Shown here piece after piece: positions 23,879-32,698 of a DNA stretch of 48,821 bases. Both the position numbers and the translations under genes were made by a program. The DNA comes from Gemmatimonadales bacterium (GTDB taxonomy: Bacteria > Gemmatimonadota > Gemmatimonadetes > Gemmatimonadales > GWC2-71-9): assembly GCA_013820855.1 (NCBI GenBank), contig JACDHV010000002.1:1-48821 (forward strand). The letters are read 5' to 3'. Position 1 is the stretch's first letter. Each line of letters begins with the position of its first letter. A model generated the notes under the pieces. That model was not told where the DNA came from, made no database searches, and was given only the letters and a program-made list of their open reading frames with translations.

Positions 23879-24207
23879 CCCTGGCCCTCTCCCTCGCGCT
23901 CGCCCTGGTTCTTTCCGTCGTCTCCACGCCACTCGCCCAGCAACGAGCCCGCGCCCGGGAGCTCGGGATCGCTCCGGGCCTGCTTCCGGCCGGTCCGCTC
24001 AACGCCATCACCGACGTCGCGGGTGTCGCCGTGGGGCAGACCACGGTGCGCGAGGGCGACTCGGTCAGGACCGGCGTCACCGCGATCGTCCCCCACGGGG
24101 GCGACGTCTTCCGGGAGCGGGTGCCGGCGGCCATCCACGTGGGCAACGGCTACGGAGAGCTGGTCGGCGTCAGCCAGGTGGCGGTGGCGGCCGCCCTCGG
24201 GGTCTGA
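23875..24207 (+). pseudogene. N-terminal relic (~110 codons) of a DmpA/S58 (P1-family) aminopeptidase
   Basis: GTG overlapping the upstream stop (GTGA): [58 protein letters not shown]...[13 protein letters not shown]...NGYGELVG. This aligns to the first ~105 mature residues of the intact paralogue at 37840..39060. The homology then ends and a stop codon follows. Confidence 0.7.
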
Positions 24208-24290
24208 CCAGGCCGGGCCGGCAACCTTTTGGCTGCCGCTTCCGTCAGAAGGCTCGTCGCCATTCTCCAGCCCCGGCCCACGAGCGTTCA

Positions 24291-26738
24291 ATGGATACGC
24301 TGCTTCAGGATCTCCGCTACAGCCTCCGCCGGCTGGCCAAGAGCCCGGCATTCACCGCCATCGTCGTCCTCACGCTCGCCCTGGGCATCGGGGCCAACAC
24401 CGCGATCTTCAGCGCGGTGAACGCCGTGCTGCTCAGGCCACTGCCCTACCACGACCCGCACCGGCTGGTGACGATCGAGCACCTGTATCCCTCCCTCGAC
24501 GGGATGGAAGCACCGGTCTCGGTCCCGGGGTTCCTCGACTATGAGAAGAAGGGGCGATCGTTCGAGTCCATGGCCGTGCAGACCGGGTGGCAGGCCAATT
24601 TGACCGGTGTGGGCGAGCCGGTGCGGATGCAGGGGCAGCGGGTCACCGGGAGGTTCTTCGGCACGCTCGAGGTGCCTGCCCTGCTGGGCCGGACGCTCCA
24701 GCCTGGCGAGGATGCACCCGGCCGCGACAGGGTGGCGGTGATCAGCTACGAGGCGTGGCAGCGGATCTTCGGAGCCGACCCCGCCATCGTGGGCCGCAGC
24801 CTGGCGCTCAACGGCGAGAGCTACGAGGTCGTGGGAGTGATGCCGAGCGGCTTCCGCGACTTCTTCAACCGGACTGCGGAGATCTGGGCGCCGCTGGTCT
24901 TCCGACCCGAGCAGATGACCGATGAGAACCGCACCAGCGAGTTTCTCAATCTCACGGCACGCATGAAGCCGGGCGTCACGGTGGCGCAGGCCCAGGGTGA
25001 GATGCGGACCTTGGCCGAGCAGCTCAAGCGAGACTACCCCGACAGCTACCCGCCGAGCTGGAGTCTGCTGGTGACCGGATTGAGCCTCCAGGCCACCGGC
25101 GACGTCCGACCCGCGCTGCTGGTGCTGCTGGGAGCGGTCGGGTTCGTGCTCCTCATCGCCTGCGCCAACGTGGCCAACCTGCTCCTGGCCCGCGCCGCCG
25201 CCCGCTCCAAGGAGATCGCCGTCCGCACCGCGCTGGGCGCCACCTGGGAGCGGCTGCTGAAGCAACTGCTCACCGAGAGCGTGCTGGTCTCGCTCGCGGG
25301 CGGGGCGGTCGGTTTGCTGCTGGCGTACCTGGGGGTGCGCGCCATGGTGGCCATGGACGTCGGCAATTTGCCTCGGGCCGACGAGATCGGGATCGACGGC
25401 ACGGTCATGGTCTTCACGCTCGTGGTGTCGCTGGTAGCCGGGGTGCTGTTCGGCCTGGCGCCCGCGCTCCACACGGCGACACCCAATCTGCACGGCGCCC
25501 TCAAGGAGGGCGGGCGCGGCACCACCGCCGACCGTGGGAGCCACGCCCTGCGGCGGAGCCTGGTGGTCACCGAAGTGGCGCTCGCGCTCACCCTGCTCAC
25601 CGGCGCGGGACTGCTGCTCAAGAGCTTCGCGCGGCTCCAGGGCGTGGACCCGGGGTTCGAGCCGTCCAGTCTGATGACCTTGAACCTTTCGCTTCCGCCG
25701 GCCAAGTACCCGAGCGACACGGCGCAGGTCGCCTTCTTCGATCAGGCGCTCGCCGCGATCGAGCGGGTGCCGGGCGTGACCGGCGTGGGCGCCACCACGG
25801 TGATGCCGTTCGGCGGAAGCTGGTCCACCGGCAGCTTCGACATCGAAGGGTACCAGCCGCCCGAGAACCAGCCCGGGCCCTGGGGCGACATCCGGATCGT
25901 GAGCCCGCGGTTCTTCGAAACCCTGCGGATCCCCCTGCTGCGCGGCCGGTATCTCTCCGACGAGGACCGCGACGGCTCGCGGCTCGTGGCCGTGATCGAT
26001 CAGGAATTCGTGCGCCGCTACTGGCCCAAGGACGACCCGATCGGCAAGCGCTTCACCTTCGGCCCGCCGGATGGCGTGACCGACACCACCCAGAACGAAT
26101 GGATCGAGATCGTGGGTGTGGTGGGCCACACGGCCCACGAGGGACTCGACGCCGATCCGCGAATCCAGCTCTACCTGCCGTACCGCCAAGTGACGCAGCC
26201 ATTCATGGCCCTGGCGGTTCGCACCACCGGAAGCCCGGACCGGTACGTCAACCTCGTGCGCGATGCCATCCGGTCGGTCGACGCCGACCAGCCGATCTCG
26301 GGGGTGAGCAACATGGACGAGATGCTCTCGCGGGCGGTGGGCCAGCGGCGACTCTCGATGGTGCTGCTGAGCATCTTCTCGGGCATCGCCCTGGTGCTCG
26401 CCTCCATCGGCATCTACGGCGTCATGAGCTACTCCGTCACCCAGCGATCCCGCGAGCTGGGAGTGCGCATCGCGCTCGGTGCCGACCGCGGCGACGTCCT
26501 CAGGCTCGTGCTGCGCCAGGGAATGGGCCTCGCGCTGCTGGGCATCGGAATCGGGCTCGCCGCCGCCCTGGCCCTGACTCGGCTCATCGAGAGCCAGCTC
26601 TACGGCGTGGCCGCGACCGACCCGCTCACTTTTCTGCTGGTGGCCGGCGTCCTGGCCGCGACCGCGCTTCTGGCCAATCTCATCCCCGCCCTGCGGGCCA
26701 TGCGGATGGACCCCGCGGCGGTCCTGAGGGAGGAGTGA
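24291..26738 (+). CDS. ADOP-family duplicated permease (MacB/FtsX-like ABC transporter permease)
   Basis: 815 aa with the hallmark N-terminus [41 protein letters not shown]. It has two MacB-periplasmic/FtsX modules. Confidence 0.9.
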   Translation: MDTLLQDLRYSLRRLAKSPAFTAIVVLTLALGIGANTAIFSAVNAVLLRPLPYHDPHRLVTIEHLYPSLDGMEAPVSVPGFLDYEKKGRSFESMAVQTGWQANLTGVGEPVRMQGQRVTGRFFGTLEVPALLGRTLQPGEDAPGRDRVAVISYEAWQRIFGADPAIVGRSLALNGESYEVVGVMPSGFRDFFNRTAEIWAPLVFRPEQMTDENRTSEFLNLTARMKPGVTVAQAQGEMRTLAEQLKRDYPDSYPPSWSLLVTGLSLQATGDVRPALLVLLGAVGFVLLIACANVANLLLARAAARSKEIAVRTALGATWERLLKQLLTESVLVSLAGGAVGLLLAYLGVRAMVAMDVGNLPRADEIGIDGTVMVFTLVVSLVAGVLFGLAPALHTATPNLHGALKEGGRGTTADRGSHALRRSLVVTEVALALTLLTGAGLLLKSFARLQGVDPGFEPSSLMTLNLSLPPAKYPSDTAQVAFFDQALAAIERVPGVTGVGATTVMPFGGSWSTGSFDIEGYQPPENQPGPWGDIRIVSPRFFETLRIPLLRGRYLSDEDRDGSRLVAVIDQEFVRRYWPKDDPIGKRFTFGPPDGVTDTTQNEWIEIVGVVGHTAHEGLDADPRIQLYLPYRQVTQPFMALAVRTTGSPDRYVNLVRDAIRSVDADQPISGVSNMDEMLSRAVGQRRLSMVLLSIFSGIALVLASIGIYGVMSYSVTQRSRELGVRIALGADRGDVLRLVLRQGMGLALLGIGIGLAAALALTRLIESQLYGVAATDPLTFLLVAGVLAATALLANLIPALRAMRMDPAAVLREE

Positions 26739-26849
26739 CCCAGGTCATCATCAACTCCGGACGGCACTTAGCCCCGGGGGGTGGACGCTGGGCGCCGACT
26801 GGCGATCTTTCGGGGTCGGAATTCACCGAACCCTTGGAGGCGTTACCCG

Positions 26850-27053
26850 ATGGCCACTCGTCTCGATAAGACGCTGAAACGCGAGCTGGAAGTCGAAGGG
26901 AAGCTCTACACCGTCACCATCTCGCCCGAGGGTGTGAAGATCGTGCCCAAGGGAGCCCGAAAGGGACCCGAGATCACCTGGCAGACGCTGCTCAGCGGTG
27001 ATGCCGAGCTTCGCCGCGATCTGAACGTCTCGGTCGACGCGTACAGCGGGTAA
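26850..27053 (+). CDS. 67-aa hypothetical protein
   Basis: Internal ATG 9 nt after a GGAGG SD: MATRLDKTLKRELEVEGKLYTVTISPEGVKIVPKGARKGPEITWQTLLSG... Confidence 0.6.
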   Translation: MATRLDKTLKRELEVEGKLYTVTISPEGVKIVPKGARKGPEITWQTLLSGDAELRRDLNVSVDAYSG

Positions 27054-27164
27054 CCTCTGCCCGGCGCCCGAAGGCTGGGCGCGCTGGTAGCGGCGGTCAC
27101 CGCCTGGCTCGCATCGTCCGCCCGGGCGCAGGAGCCTAGCGGGTTCCTGAACCGCACGGTCACG

Positions 27165-27845
27165 GTGGATGGCGTGAGCCACCGCTACCAGGTGTACGTG
27201 CCCGTCGACTATTCGCACGCCCGGCGCTGGCCGGTGATCCTCTTCCTGCACGGCTCGGGGGAGCAGGGTACCGACGGGCTCCTCCAGACCGGCGTGGGGC
27301 TCGGAGAGGCCATTCGGAGGCACGCCGAGCGCTGGCCGGCGGTCGTGGTCTTTCCGCAGGCGCCGCCTGCGCACCGCTGGCACGGCAAGGTGGCCCACCT
27401 CGCGCTGGCGACGCTCGACAAGACCCTCCAGGAATTCACCACCGACGCCGACCGGATCTACCTCGTCGGTTTCTCGGCCGGCGCGAACGGCGTCTGGAAT
27501 CTCGCCTACCGGTATCCCGAGCGATTCGCCGCGCTGGTCGCGGTCTGCGGCTGGGTGGCGCCCACGGCGGACCGCCGCGAAGCGATCGTGCCGGCGGACA
27601 GCGGCCCGCCGTATCCGACGGTCGCCCGACGGATTCATTCCCTGCCGGTGTGGATCTGGCACGGAGGAGCGGACGACGTCGTGCCCGTGGAAGAGTCCCG
27701 CCGCATGGCGCAGGCGCTCCACGCCCGCGGAGGGCAGGTCACCTATACCGAGCTTCCCGGCGTGGGCCACGATTCGTGGATTTCGGCGTTCGAGGCACTG
27801 GAGCTTCCCGCCTGGCTGCTGGCTCAGCGTCGCCGGGCCGGCTGA
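27165..27845 (+). CDS. Alpha/beta-hydrolase (carboxylesterase/phospholipase-type), probably secreted; the true start is likely upstream
   Basis: It carries the GFSAG nucleophile elbow, LFLHGSGEQG and WHGGADDVVP...GHDSW. The in-frame upstream sequence 27054-27164 encodes a signal-peptide-like RRLGALVAAVTAWLASSARAQEP with no ATG, GTG or TTG. Confidence 0.85.
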   Translation: MDGVSHRYQVYVPVDYSHARRWPVILFLHGSGEQGTDGLLQTGVGLGEAIRRHAERWPAVVVFPQAPPAHRWHGKVAHLALATLDKTLQEFTTDADRIYLVGFSAGANGVWNLAYRYPERFAALVAVCGWVAPTADRREAIVPADSGPPYPTVARRIHSLPVWIWHGGADDVVPVEESRRMAQALHARGGQVTYTELPGVGHDSWISAFEALELPAWLLAQRRRAG

Positions 27846-27852
27846 TCCCGGC

Positions 27853-28290
27853 GTGCTCGGGCCGCTGAGGGCGACGGCACTCCTGCTCGCGATCGCCGCT
27901 TGCGGAGCCGGCGCCGGGAACGACGCCGAGTCGGCCGAGTCTCGGCTGAGCCGTGCGAGGGTGGCGTTGGGGGGCGGCTTCGTCGGCGGGCCGGCGAGCG
28001 GACTCCGCGCGCGGCTCGACTCGGGCCTGATCGTCCAGCCGCCCGAGCCGGACTCGGCGCTGCGGGGCGTGGCAGCCGTCGCCTACCTCGAGCGGCTCGC
28101 CAGAGCGACCGACGTGAGCCACTCGGAGCTCCTGCCGGGCAGGATCTCCGAGGAAGGCGGGTTTCTCCTCGAGCACGGCACGTGGATCCTGGAGTCGGGA
28201 CGCCGGTACCACAGCCGCTACACGATACGCTGGCGGGACTCGCCGACCGGATGGAGAGTCGTGCTGTGGCGGTGGACGCGATTTCGTTAG
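27853..28290 (+). CDS. Hypothetical lipoprotein
   Basis: 145 aa; GTG start; lipobox LLLAIAAC. Confidence 0.65.
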   Translation: MLGPLRATALLLAIAACGAGAGNDAESAESRLSRARVALGGGFVGGPASGLRARLDSGLIVQPPEPDSALRGVAAVAYLERLARATDVSHSELLPGRISEEGGFLLEHGTWILESGRRYHSRYTIRWRDSPTGWRVVLWRWTRFR

Positions 28291-28383
28291 GACCGGTGCC
28301 CCGATCACCGCTGGCCCGGGACGCACTCCGGCCGTACATTCTCGGCGAGAAGCAACCGGCCGGCCCGGCGATCAGGAGGAAAC

Positions 28384-28782
28384 GTGACGCAGAGCATTCC
28401 CGCTCGACTGACCCCGGCGGAGGGACGCAAGTTCGCCTTCACGCTCATGGCGGCCTTCGGCGTTCTGGCCGGCGTCGGCTGGTGGCGGGGAAGTGCGCGA
28501 GGCGCCCTCGTCTTCGGCGCGATCGCCGGGGCGTTCGCGCTCGGCGGACTGCTGGTGCCCGGCAGGCTGGGGCCGGTGTATCGCGCGTGGATGGGATTCG
28601 CCCTCGCCCTCTCCAAGGTCACCACGCCGATCTTCATGGGCATCGTGTACTTTCTGGTCATCACGCCCATCGCGGTGATCCGCCGCGCGGTGGGGGGCAA
28701 TCCGCTCCGTGCCCAGCGCGGGGCCAGCGGGTGGGTGGACAGGCATCAGGCCCCCCGCGGCGATCTCACCCGGCAGTTCTAG
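28384..28782 (+). CDS. SxtJ-family-like small membrane protein (recalled family)
   Basis: 132 aa with an AGGAGGAAAC SD. Two or three TM segments; ...PIFMGIVYFLVITPIAVIRRAVGGNPL. Confidence 0.7.
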   Translation: MTQSIPARLTPAEGRKFAFTLMAAFGVLAGVGWWRGSARGALVFGAIAGAFALGGLLVPGRLGPVYRAWMGFALALSKVTTPIFMGIVYFLVITPIAVIRRAVGGNPLRAQRGASGWVDRHQAPRGDLTRQF

Positions 28783-28805
28783 CTCGGCAGAGGAGGAGAG
28801 AGAGG

Positions 28806-28964
28806 ATGGCAAAGGGCGGACTGGCCCCGGAGCTGTGGGCCTACATGCGGGTGCGGAAAAAGTGGTGGCTCGCCCCGATCCTGATCGTGCTGCTGCTGGT
28901 GGGGGCGCTGCTGGTCTTCGCGCAGGGCTCGGCGCTGGCACCGTTCATCTACACGATCTTCTAG
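28806..28964 (+). CDS. 52-aa membrane protein (recalled DUF5989 family)
   Basis: MAKGGLAPELWAYMRVRKKWWLAPILIVLLLVGALLVFAQGSALAPFIYTIF with a GGAGGAGAGAGAGG SD. The KKWWL...PFIYT.F pattern matches my recollection of the usual SxtJ partner. Confidence 0.65.
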   Translation: MAKGGLAPELWAYMRVRKKWWLAPILIVLLLVGALLVFAQGSALAPFIYTIF

Positions 28965-28966
28965 AG

Positions 28967-28990
28967 GCCTGCCCTCGCTCGAGGGCAGGC
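28967..28990 (+). terminator. Perfect 10-bp stem / 4-nt loop hairpin directly after the stop codon, with no U-tract
   Basis: GCCTGCCCTC-GCTC-GAGGGCAGGC, read directly from the sequence. Confidence 0.4.
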
Positions 28991-29050
28991 GACGCGGATC
29001 ACACCCCGCAGACCGCCGGCAGGGTGCCTTCGGAGCGGAAGGGAGGCTCC

Positions 29051-29686
29051 ATGACTACCCGTGCCGACAAGCTCACCACATACCGCCGCAAGCGGGACTT
29101 CACCCGCACCCGGGAGCCCGCGGGCGGCGGCCGCAGCAAGTCCTCCAAGCTGGCCTACGTGATCCAGAAGCACGCCGCGAGCCGGCTGCACTACGACCTC
29201 CGGCTCGAGCTCGACGGGGTGATGAAGAGCTGGGCCGTTCCCAAGGGCCCCAGTCTCGACCCCTCCGTGAAGCGTCTCGCGATCCACGTCGAGGACCACC
29301 CCATCGAGTACAACCGGTTCGAGGGCACCATCCCCGCGGGCGAGTATGGCGGCGGCACCGTCATGGTGTGGGACTACGGCACCTACACGTCCGCAAACGG
29401 GGAGGGAGATCCCGAGCAGGCGCTGCGCGAGGGATACCGCATTGGCGACTTCAAGTTCGTCCTGCGGGGCAAGCGGCTCAGAGGCTCGTGGGTGCTGGTG
29501 CGGACCAAGGGCTGGGGAGACCGGAGCCGGCAGGGGCAGTGGCTCCTGATCAAGCATCGTGACGACGATGCGGACCCCGACACCGATCCCGTGGCCGAGT
29601 ACCTGACGTCCGCCACGAGCGGCCGGACGATGGAGGAGATCGCGGAAGGCAAACCGGCCAAGCGCCCGCGCAAGCCCCGCGGCTAG
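29051..29686 (+). CDS. Stand-alone DNA ligase D 3'-phosphoesterase (LigD-PE) domain protein
   Basis: Internal ATG after a GGGAGG SD: YRRKRDFTRTREP...YVIQKHAASRLHYDLRLELDGVMKSWAVPKGPSLDP...HVEDHPIEYNRFEGTIPAGEYGGGTVMVWD. Confidence 0.85.
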   Translation: MTTRADKLTTYRRKRDFTRTREPAGGGRSKSSKLAYVIQKHAASRLHYDLRLELDGVMKSWAVPKGPSLDPSVKRLAIHVEDHPIEYNRFEGTIPAGEYGGGTVMVWDYGTYTSANGEGDPEQALREGYRIGDFKFVLRGKRLRGSWVLVRTKGWGDRSRQGQWLLIKHRDDDADPDTDPVAEYLTSATSGRTMEEIAEGKPAKRPRKPRG

Positions 29687-29718
29687 GTTACACGGATACC
29701 CAAGCGGAAGGAGTCCCG

Positions 29719-29946
29719 ATGACCGGCCGGCCGTCGGTGGGCCTGGCGGATCTGGACGAAGTCTCACGGCGCATCGCCGCGGGCCAGTTCAGCAACCGTC
29801 CCGGATGCATCCTGGAAGTCTCGACCTATGTCTGGAACCGGAACTCCTTCGAGGCCCAGCACGGCTTCGAGGACGCCTGCCAGGCGCACGGGATTCGGTT
29901 CGCCGTCATCGAGCGGATCGGCGGCATCGAGTGGTCTTGTCCCTAG
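29719..29946 (+). CDS. 75-aa hypothetical protein
   Basis: ATG after a GGAAGGAG SD. No family recognised. Confidence 0.5.
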   Translation: MTGRPSVGLADLDEVSRRIAAGQFSNRPGCILEVSTYVWNRNSFEAQHGFEDACQAHGIRFAVIERIGGIEWSCP

Positions 29947-30194
29947 GACGGCCCCGGCTTTTCGGCCTCCGGTCCGAACCGCCGCTCGAGCCGGTCGAGC
30001 AGCACCGCGAGGGTGGAGCGCATGTGACCGACCTCGTCCTCCAGCTCGTCCAGCCTCCCCTCGAGCGAACGGGCCCGGCCCTCCGCCGCCTTCGCCCGGG
30101 CCGTGGCGGTCTTGGCCTTCGACGTGGCCTCTTTGGCCTTCGACTTCGTGTTGCGGAGCTGGATCTGCTGAATCAGGTCCCAGACGAACGCCAT
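29943..30194 (-). CDS. 83-aa coiled-coil hypothetical protein
   Basis: Internal ATG after a GGGAGGGAC SD: MAFVWDLIQQIQLRNTKSKAKEATSKAKTATARAKAAEGRARSLEGRLDELEDEVGHMRSTLAVLLDRLE... Confidence 0.5.
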   Translation of the reverse strand: MAFVWDLIQQIQLRNTKSKAKEATSKAKTATARAKAAEGRARSLEGRLDELEDEVGHMRSTLAVLLDRLERRFGPEAEKPGPS

Positions 30195-30276
30195 AGTCCC
30201 TCCCGAGAATCGTTGTGGTTCCACCCAGAGTAGGAGGCCCCGCCATGCGACGCTGTGACCGGCCTCATCCGGCGCC

Positions 30277-30750
30277 GTGAGCGACCGGGCCCTGCGCGAT
30301 CACGTCGCGGCCCTGATCGGCTGGGAGGACGCGCATGCCGGACTGGAGCAGGTCGTGGACGGCGTGCCCCCGGACCAGTGGGGTGCGCCGGCTCCCGGGC
30401 TGCCCTACACGCTCTGGCAGTTGCTGGAGCATCTGCGGCTCACCCAGCACGACATCCTCGACTTCTGCCGCAATCCCGGGTACACCCAGCCGCGGTGGCC
30501 GGAGGACTACTGGCCCGCGGAGCCTGCCCCGCCCGACGACGGCGCCGCAGCCAGGAGCATCGCCGCGTTCCGGGAGGAGCGGCAGACGCTGGCCGCCCTC
30601 GCCGGGGACGAGAGCCTCGACCTCTTCGCGCGCATTCCCCACGGCACGGGCCAGACCTACCTGCGGGAGCTGCTGCTGGTCGCCGACCACACATCCTATC
30701 ACCTGGGGCAGATGGTCGTGGTACGGCGCGCGCTCGGAATCTGGGAGTAG
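30277..30750 (+). CDS. DinB-family (DinB_2) protein
   Basis: 157 aa; GTG start. ...YTLWQLLEHLRLTQHDIL...ADHTSYHLGQMVVVRR shows a His-triad-type pattern. Confidence 0.8.
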   Translation: MSDRALRDHVAALIGWEDAHAGLEQVVDGVPPDQWGAPAPGLPYTLWQLLEHLRLTQHDILDFCRNPGYTQPRWPEDYWPAEPAPPDDGAAARSIAAFREERQTLAALAGDESLDLFARIPHGTGQTYLRELLLVADHTSYHLGQMVVVRRALGIWE

Positions 30751-30767
30751 GGAAGCCGAGCCGGCCG

Positions 30768-31196
30768 GTGTCGCGCCTTCTCCTCGCCATCGCATTGGGT
30801 CTGCTCGCGCCCGCTGCCGCCGAGGCGCAGCGGGCCGCGACGCCGGCGGACTTCCTCGGCATCACGCGGTGCGAGGGCGGCGCGGCGGTCACGAGCCTGC
30901 GGCACGACGTGCGGGACTCGATGCTCGTGGCCGAGATCGAGGCGCACGAGTCGGTCCACCGGGAGCAGGCCGCGATGCACGAGAGCTGCGAGGCCTTCCT
31001 CGCCTCGCTCACCAGCGCGCGCCGCATCATCGACGCCGAGCTGCCGGCGTACTGCGCGCAGTGGAAGATCGTGGTGGCGCGTGGCGCGGATTCCGCGCTC
31101 ACCCGGCGGGAGTTCGCCTGGCGGATCGCCGCCCAGTCGGGGGCCATGGAGAACCGGCTGCAGGTCACCCAGCGCCTCGAGCAGGAGTGCCGCTAG
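30768..31196 (+). CDS. Small secreted protein with an HExxH motif
   Basis: GTG start with the signal-like sequence VSRLLLAIALGLLAPAAAEAQ. It contains AEIEAHESVHREQAAMHES (HESVH). Confidence 0.6.
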   Translation: MSRLLLAIALGLLAPAAAEAQRAATPADFLGITRCEGGAAVTSLRHDVRDSMLVAEIEAHESVHREQAAMHESCEAFLASLTSARRIIDAELPAYCAQWKIVVARGADSALTRREFAWRIAAQSGAMENRLQVTQRLEQECR

Positions 31197-31843
31197 TGGC
31201 CGAAGGAACGGAGCGCAGCGCGAGCAGGGTGGTGCCGGCCGCCGCGGCGATCGCCGCGCTGGTCGTGCTCGTCTGGCTCGGCGGGCACGCGACCAACACG
31301 GTCGGCCGGTTCCTCCCCAGCCTCGGCAGGACCACCGTAGACCACGGCGTGGTCGTCGAGCGCACTCGGGCGGTGGCTCGCCTGGTCACCAGCGAAACCG
31401 CGATGCGCGACGTGGTGGTGTACCAGAACCGGCTGCTGGGCTCGACCAAGCGAAGCCTGGTCGTGGTGACAGGCAAGGTGCTGGCGGGGTTCGATCTCGA
31501 TCTCGGCACGGAGGTGCAGGTGGATCACCAGGCCAGGGTGGTGCGCGTGCGTCTCCCGCCGGCCAAGGTCCTGGGCGTCGAAGTGACCGAGCTCCAGACC
31601 TACGACGAGCAGCACGGACTCTGGAATCCCTTACGGCCCGCGGACCGCGACACGATCTTCCGGCTGGCCCGGGAGCAGCTGGTAAAGAGCGCCGAGGATG
31701 TCGAGCTGGCCAGATACACCGAGGAGAGCGCGCGGCGTCTGCTCGAGGCGCTGGTGAGCGTGGAGGGCTACAGCACCGAGGTCGTCTTCAGCGGCTCTCC
31801 GCGCCCGACCGACCCCGCCGAAGCGGAGGGAGCCAGCCCCTGA
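31196..31843 (+). CDS. Membrane-anchored protein (recalled DUF4230 family)
   Basis: The GTG shares 1 nt with the previous TAG. N-terminal TM segment AAAIAALVVLVWLGG, then ...ARLVTSETAMRDVVVYQNRLLGSTKRSLVVVTGKVLAGFDL. Confidence 0.7.
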   Translation: MAEGTERSASRVVPAAAAIAALVVLVWLGGHATNTVGRFLPSLGRTTVDHGVVVERTRAVARLVTSETAMRDVVVYQNRLLGSTKRSLVVVTGKVLAGFDLDLGTEVQVDHQARVVRVRLPPAKVLGVEVTELQTYDEQHGLWNPLRPADRDTIFRLAREQLVKSAEDVELARYTEESARRLLEALVSVEGYSTEVVFSGSPRPTDPAEAEGASP

Positions 31844-32101
31844 AGGTGAGTGGCGGGCATTGCTTCCGATGTCTCCCGGCATTCACAGGCTGGCAGTCCG
31901 GATCGACGGCGGAGCCTGGAGGGCCCCGTCCGGTACCCGTCCCATCGCCAGCGAGTTCGGCGGCGAAGTCGCCGAAGTGATCGTCGAGTAGCCTACCGCG
32001 TCGCGAAGCCGCGGGCGGGCCCTCGTATTGGGCGGAGGAGTGAGGTCAGGTATGCTTCGGCGACCTCGGAGAGTCTTCCACCCAGTCCCAGGAGGCGACC
32101 G

Positions 32102-32698
32102 ATGGCATCGCGGAAGCGGTATCGGCTGGATCAGGTGGCGGTGGAGCCGGGTGAGGTACGGAGGGCCAAGTGGACCTTCGCGAAAGGCGGGCGCCAGGCG
32201 CCGGTGAAGGGAAGCGAGCACCTCTACACGGTTACCGACGGCAACCTCGGCGGCCGGAACAAGTGGGAGTTCCTGGTGCGGGTGCCGGACGAGTCGGACG
32301 GAAGGGTGGAGATCCGGCCGAAGGGAACCCCGCCGCTGCAGACCTGGAAGGCGCTGACCTACCGCTCGCTGCAGTTCCAGAAGGCCACCAAGGGCGACGC
32401 GCGCGGCAAGCGGTACTGCAAGGTGTCGCTCGCGGTGCCGCCGGCCGGACGGGCGAAGGACGATCCCCGCGGGAACCGCACGAAGGACGTCATCCGGGGC
32501 GATCAGCGCCGGGACCTTCCGAAGTGGTTCCAGAGCCTTCAGGGTCGGATGCGGACCAAGGAGCGGGTCCGCAGCACCCGCGGAACCGACGGCAACACCC
32601 TCGTCATCCTCGTCCAACCGGACGACTACGCGATGATGATCCGCCTCTACTTCGCCATGAAGGTGTGGATCCTCAGGGAGGGCATCGAGCTAGAGTGA
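32102..32698 (+). CDS. 198-aa very basic hypothetical protein
   Basis: Internal ATG after an AGGAGG SD. Arg/Lys-rich with a hydrophobic tail, ...TLVILVQPDDYAMMIRLYFAMKVWILREG. Its stop overlaps the next start (GTGA). Confidence 0.65.
   Translation: MASRKRYRLDQVAVEPGEVRRAKWTFAKGGRQAPVKGSEHLYTVTDGNLGGRNKWEFLVRVPDESDGRVEIRPKGTPPLQTWKALTYRSLQFQKATKGDARGKRYCKVSLAVPPAGRAKDDPRGNRTKDVIRGDQRRDLPKWFQSLQGRMRTKERVRSTRGTDGNTLVILVQPDDYAMMIRLYFAMKVWILREGIELE

Noticed and set aside
24208-24290. Searched the minus strand just right of the peptidase N-terminal relic for the missing 5' half of the PLD gene, which a simple one-step inversion model predicts.
   Set aside because: Only 83 nt separate the relic from the ADOP permease gene, and no PLD-like translation is visible. 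The inversion idea is therefore reported only as a hypothesis requiring additional deletion.
28384-28782. The SxtJ-like gene as evidence for a saxitoxin-type biosynthetic cluster.
   Set aside because: No other sxt-like biosynthetic genes (PKS-like, amidinotransferase, carbamoyltransferase) are present. The family name is historical.
31869-31991. 40-codon plus-strand ORF (MSPGIHRLAVRIDGGAWRAPSG...EVAEVIVE) in the spacer after the DUF4230-like gene.
   Set aside because: It has no SD and no recognisable family, and a spacer of this size in a GC-rich genome easily yields such frames by chance.
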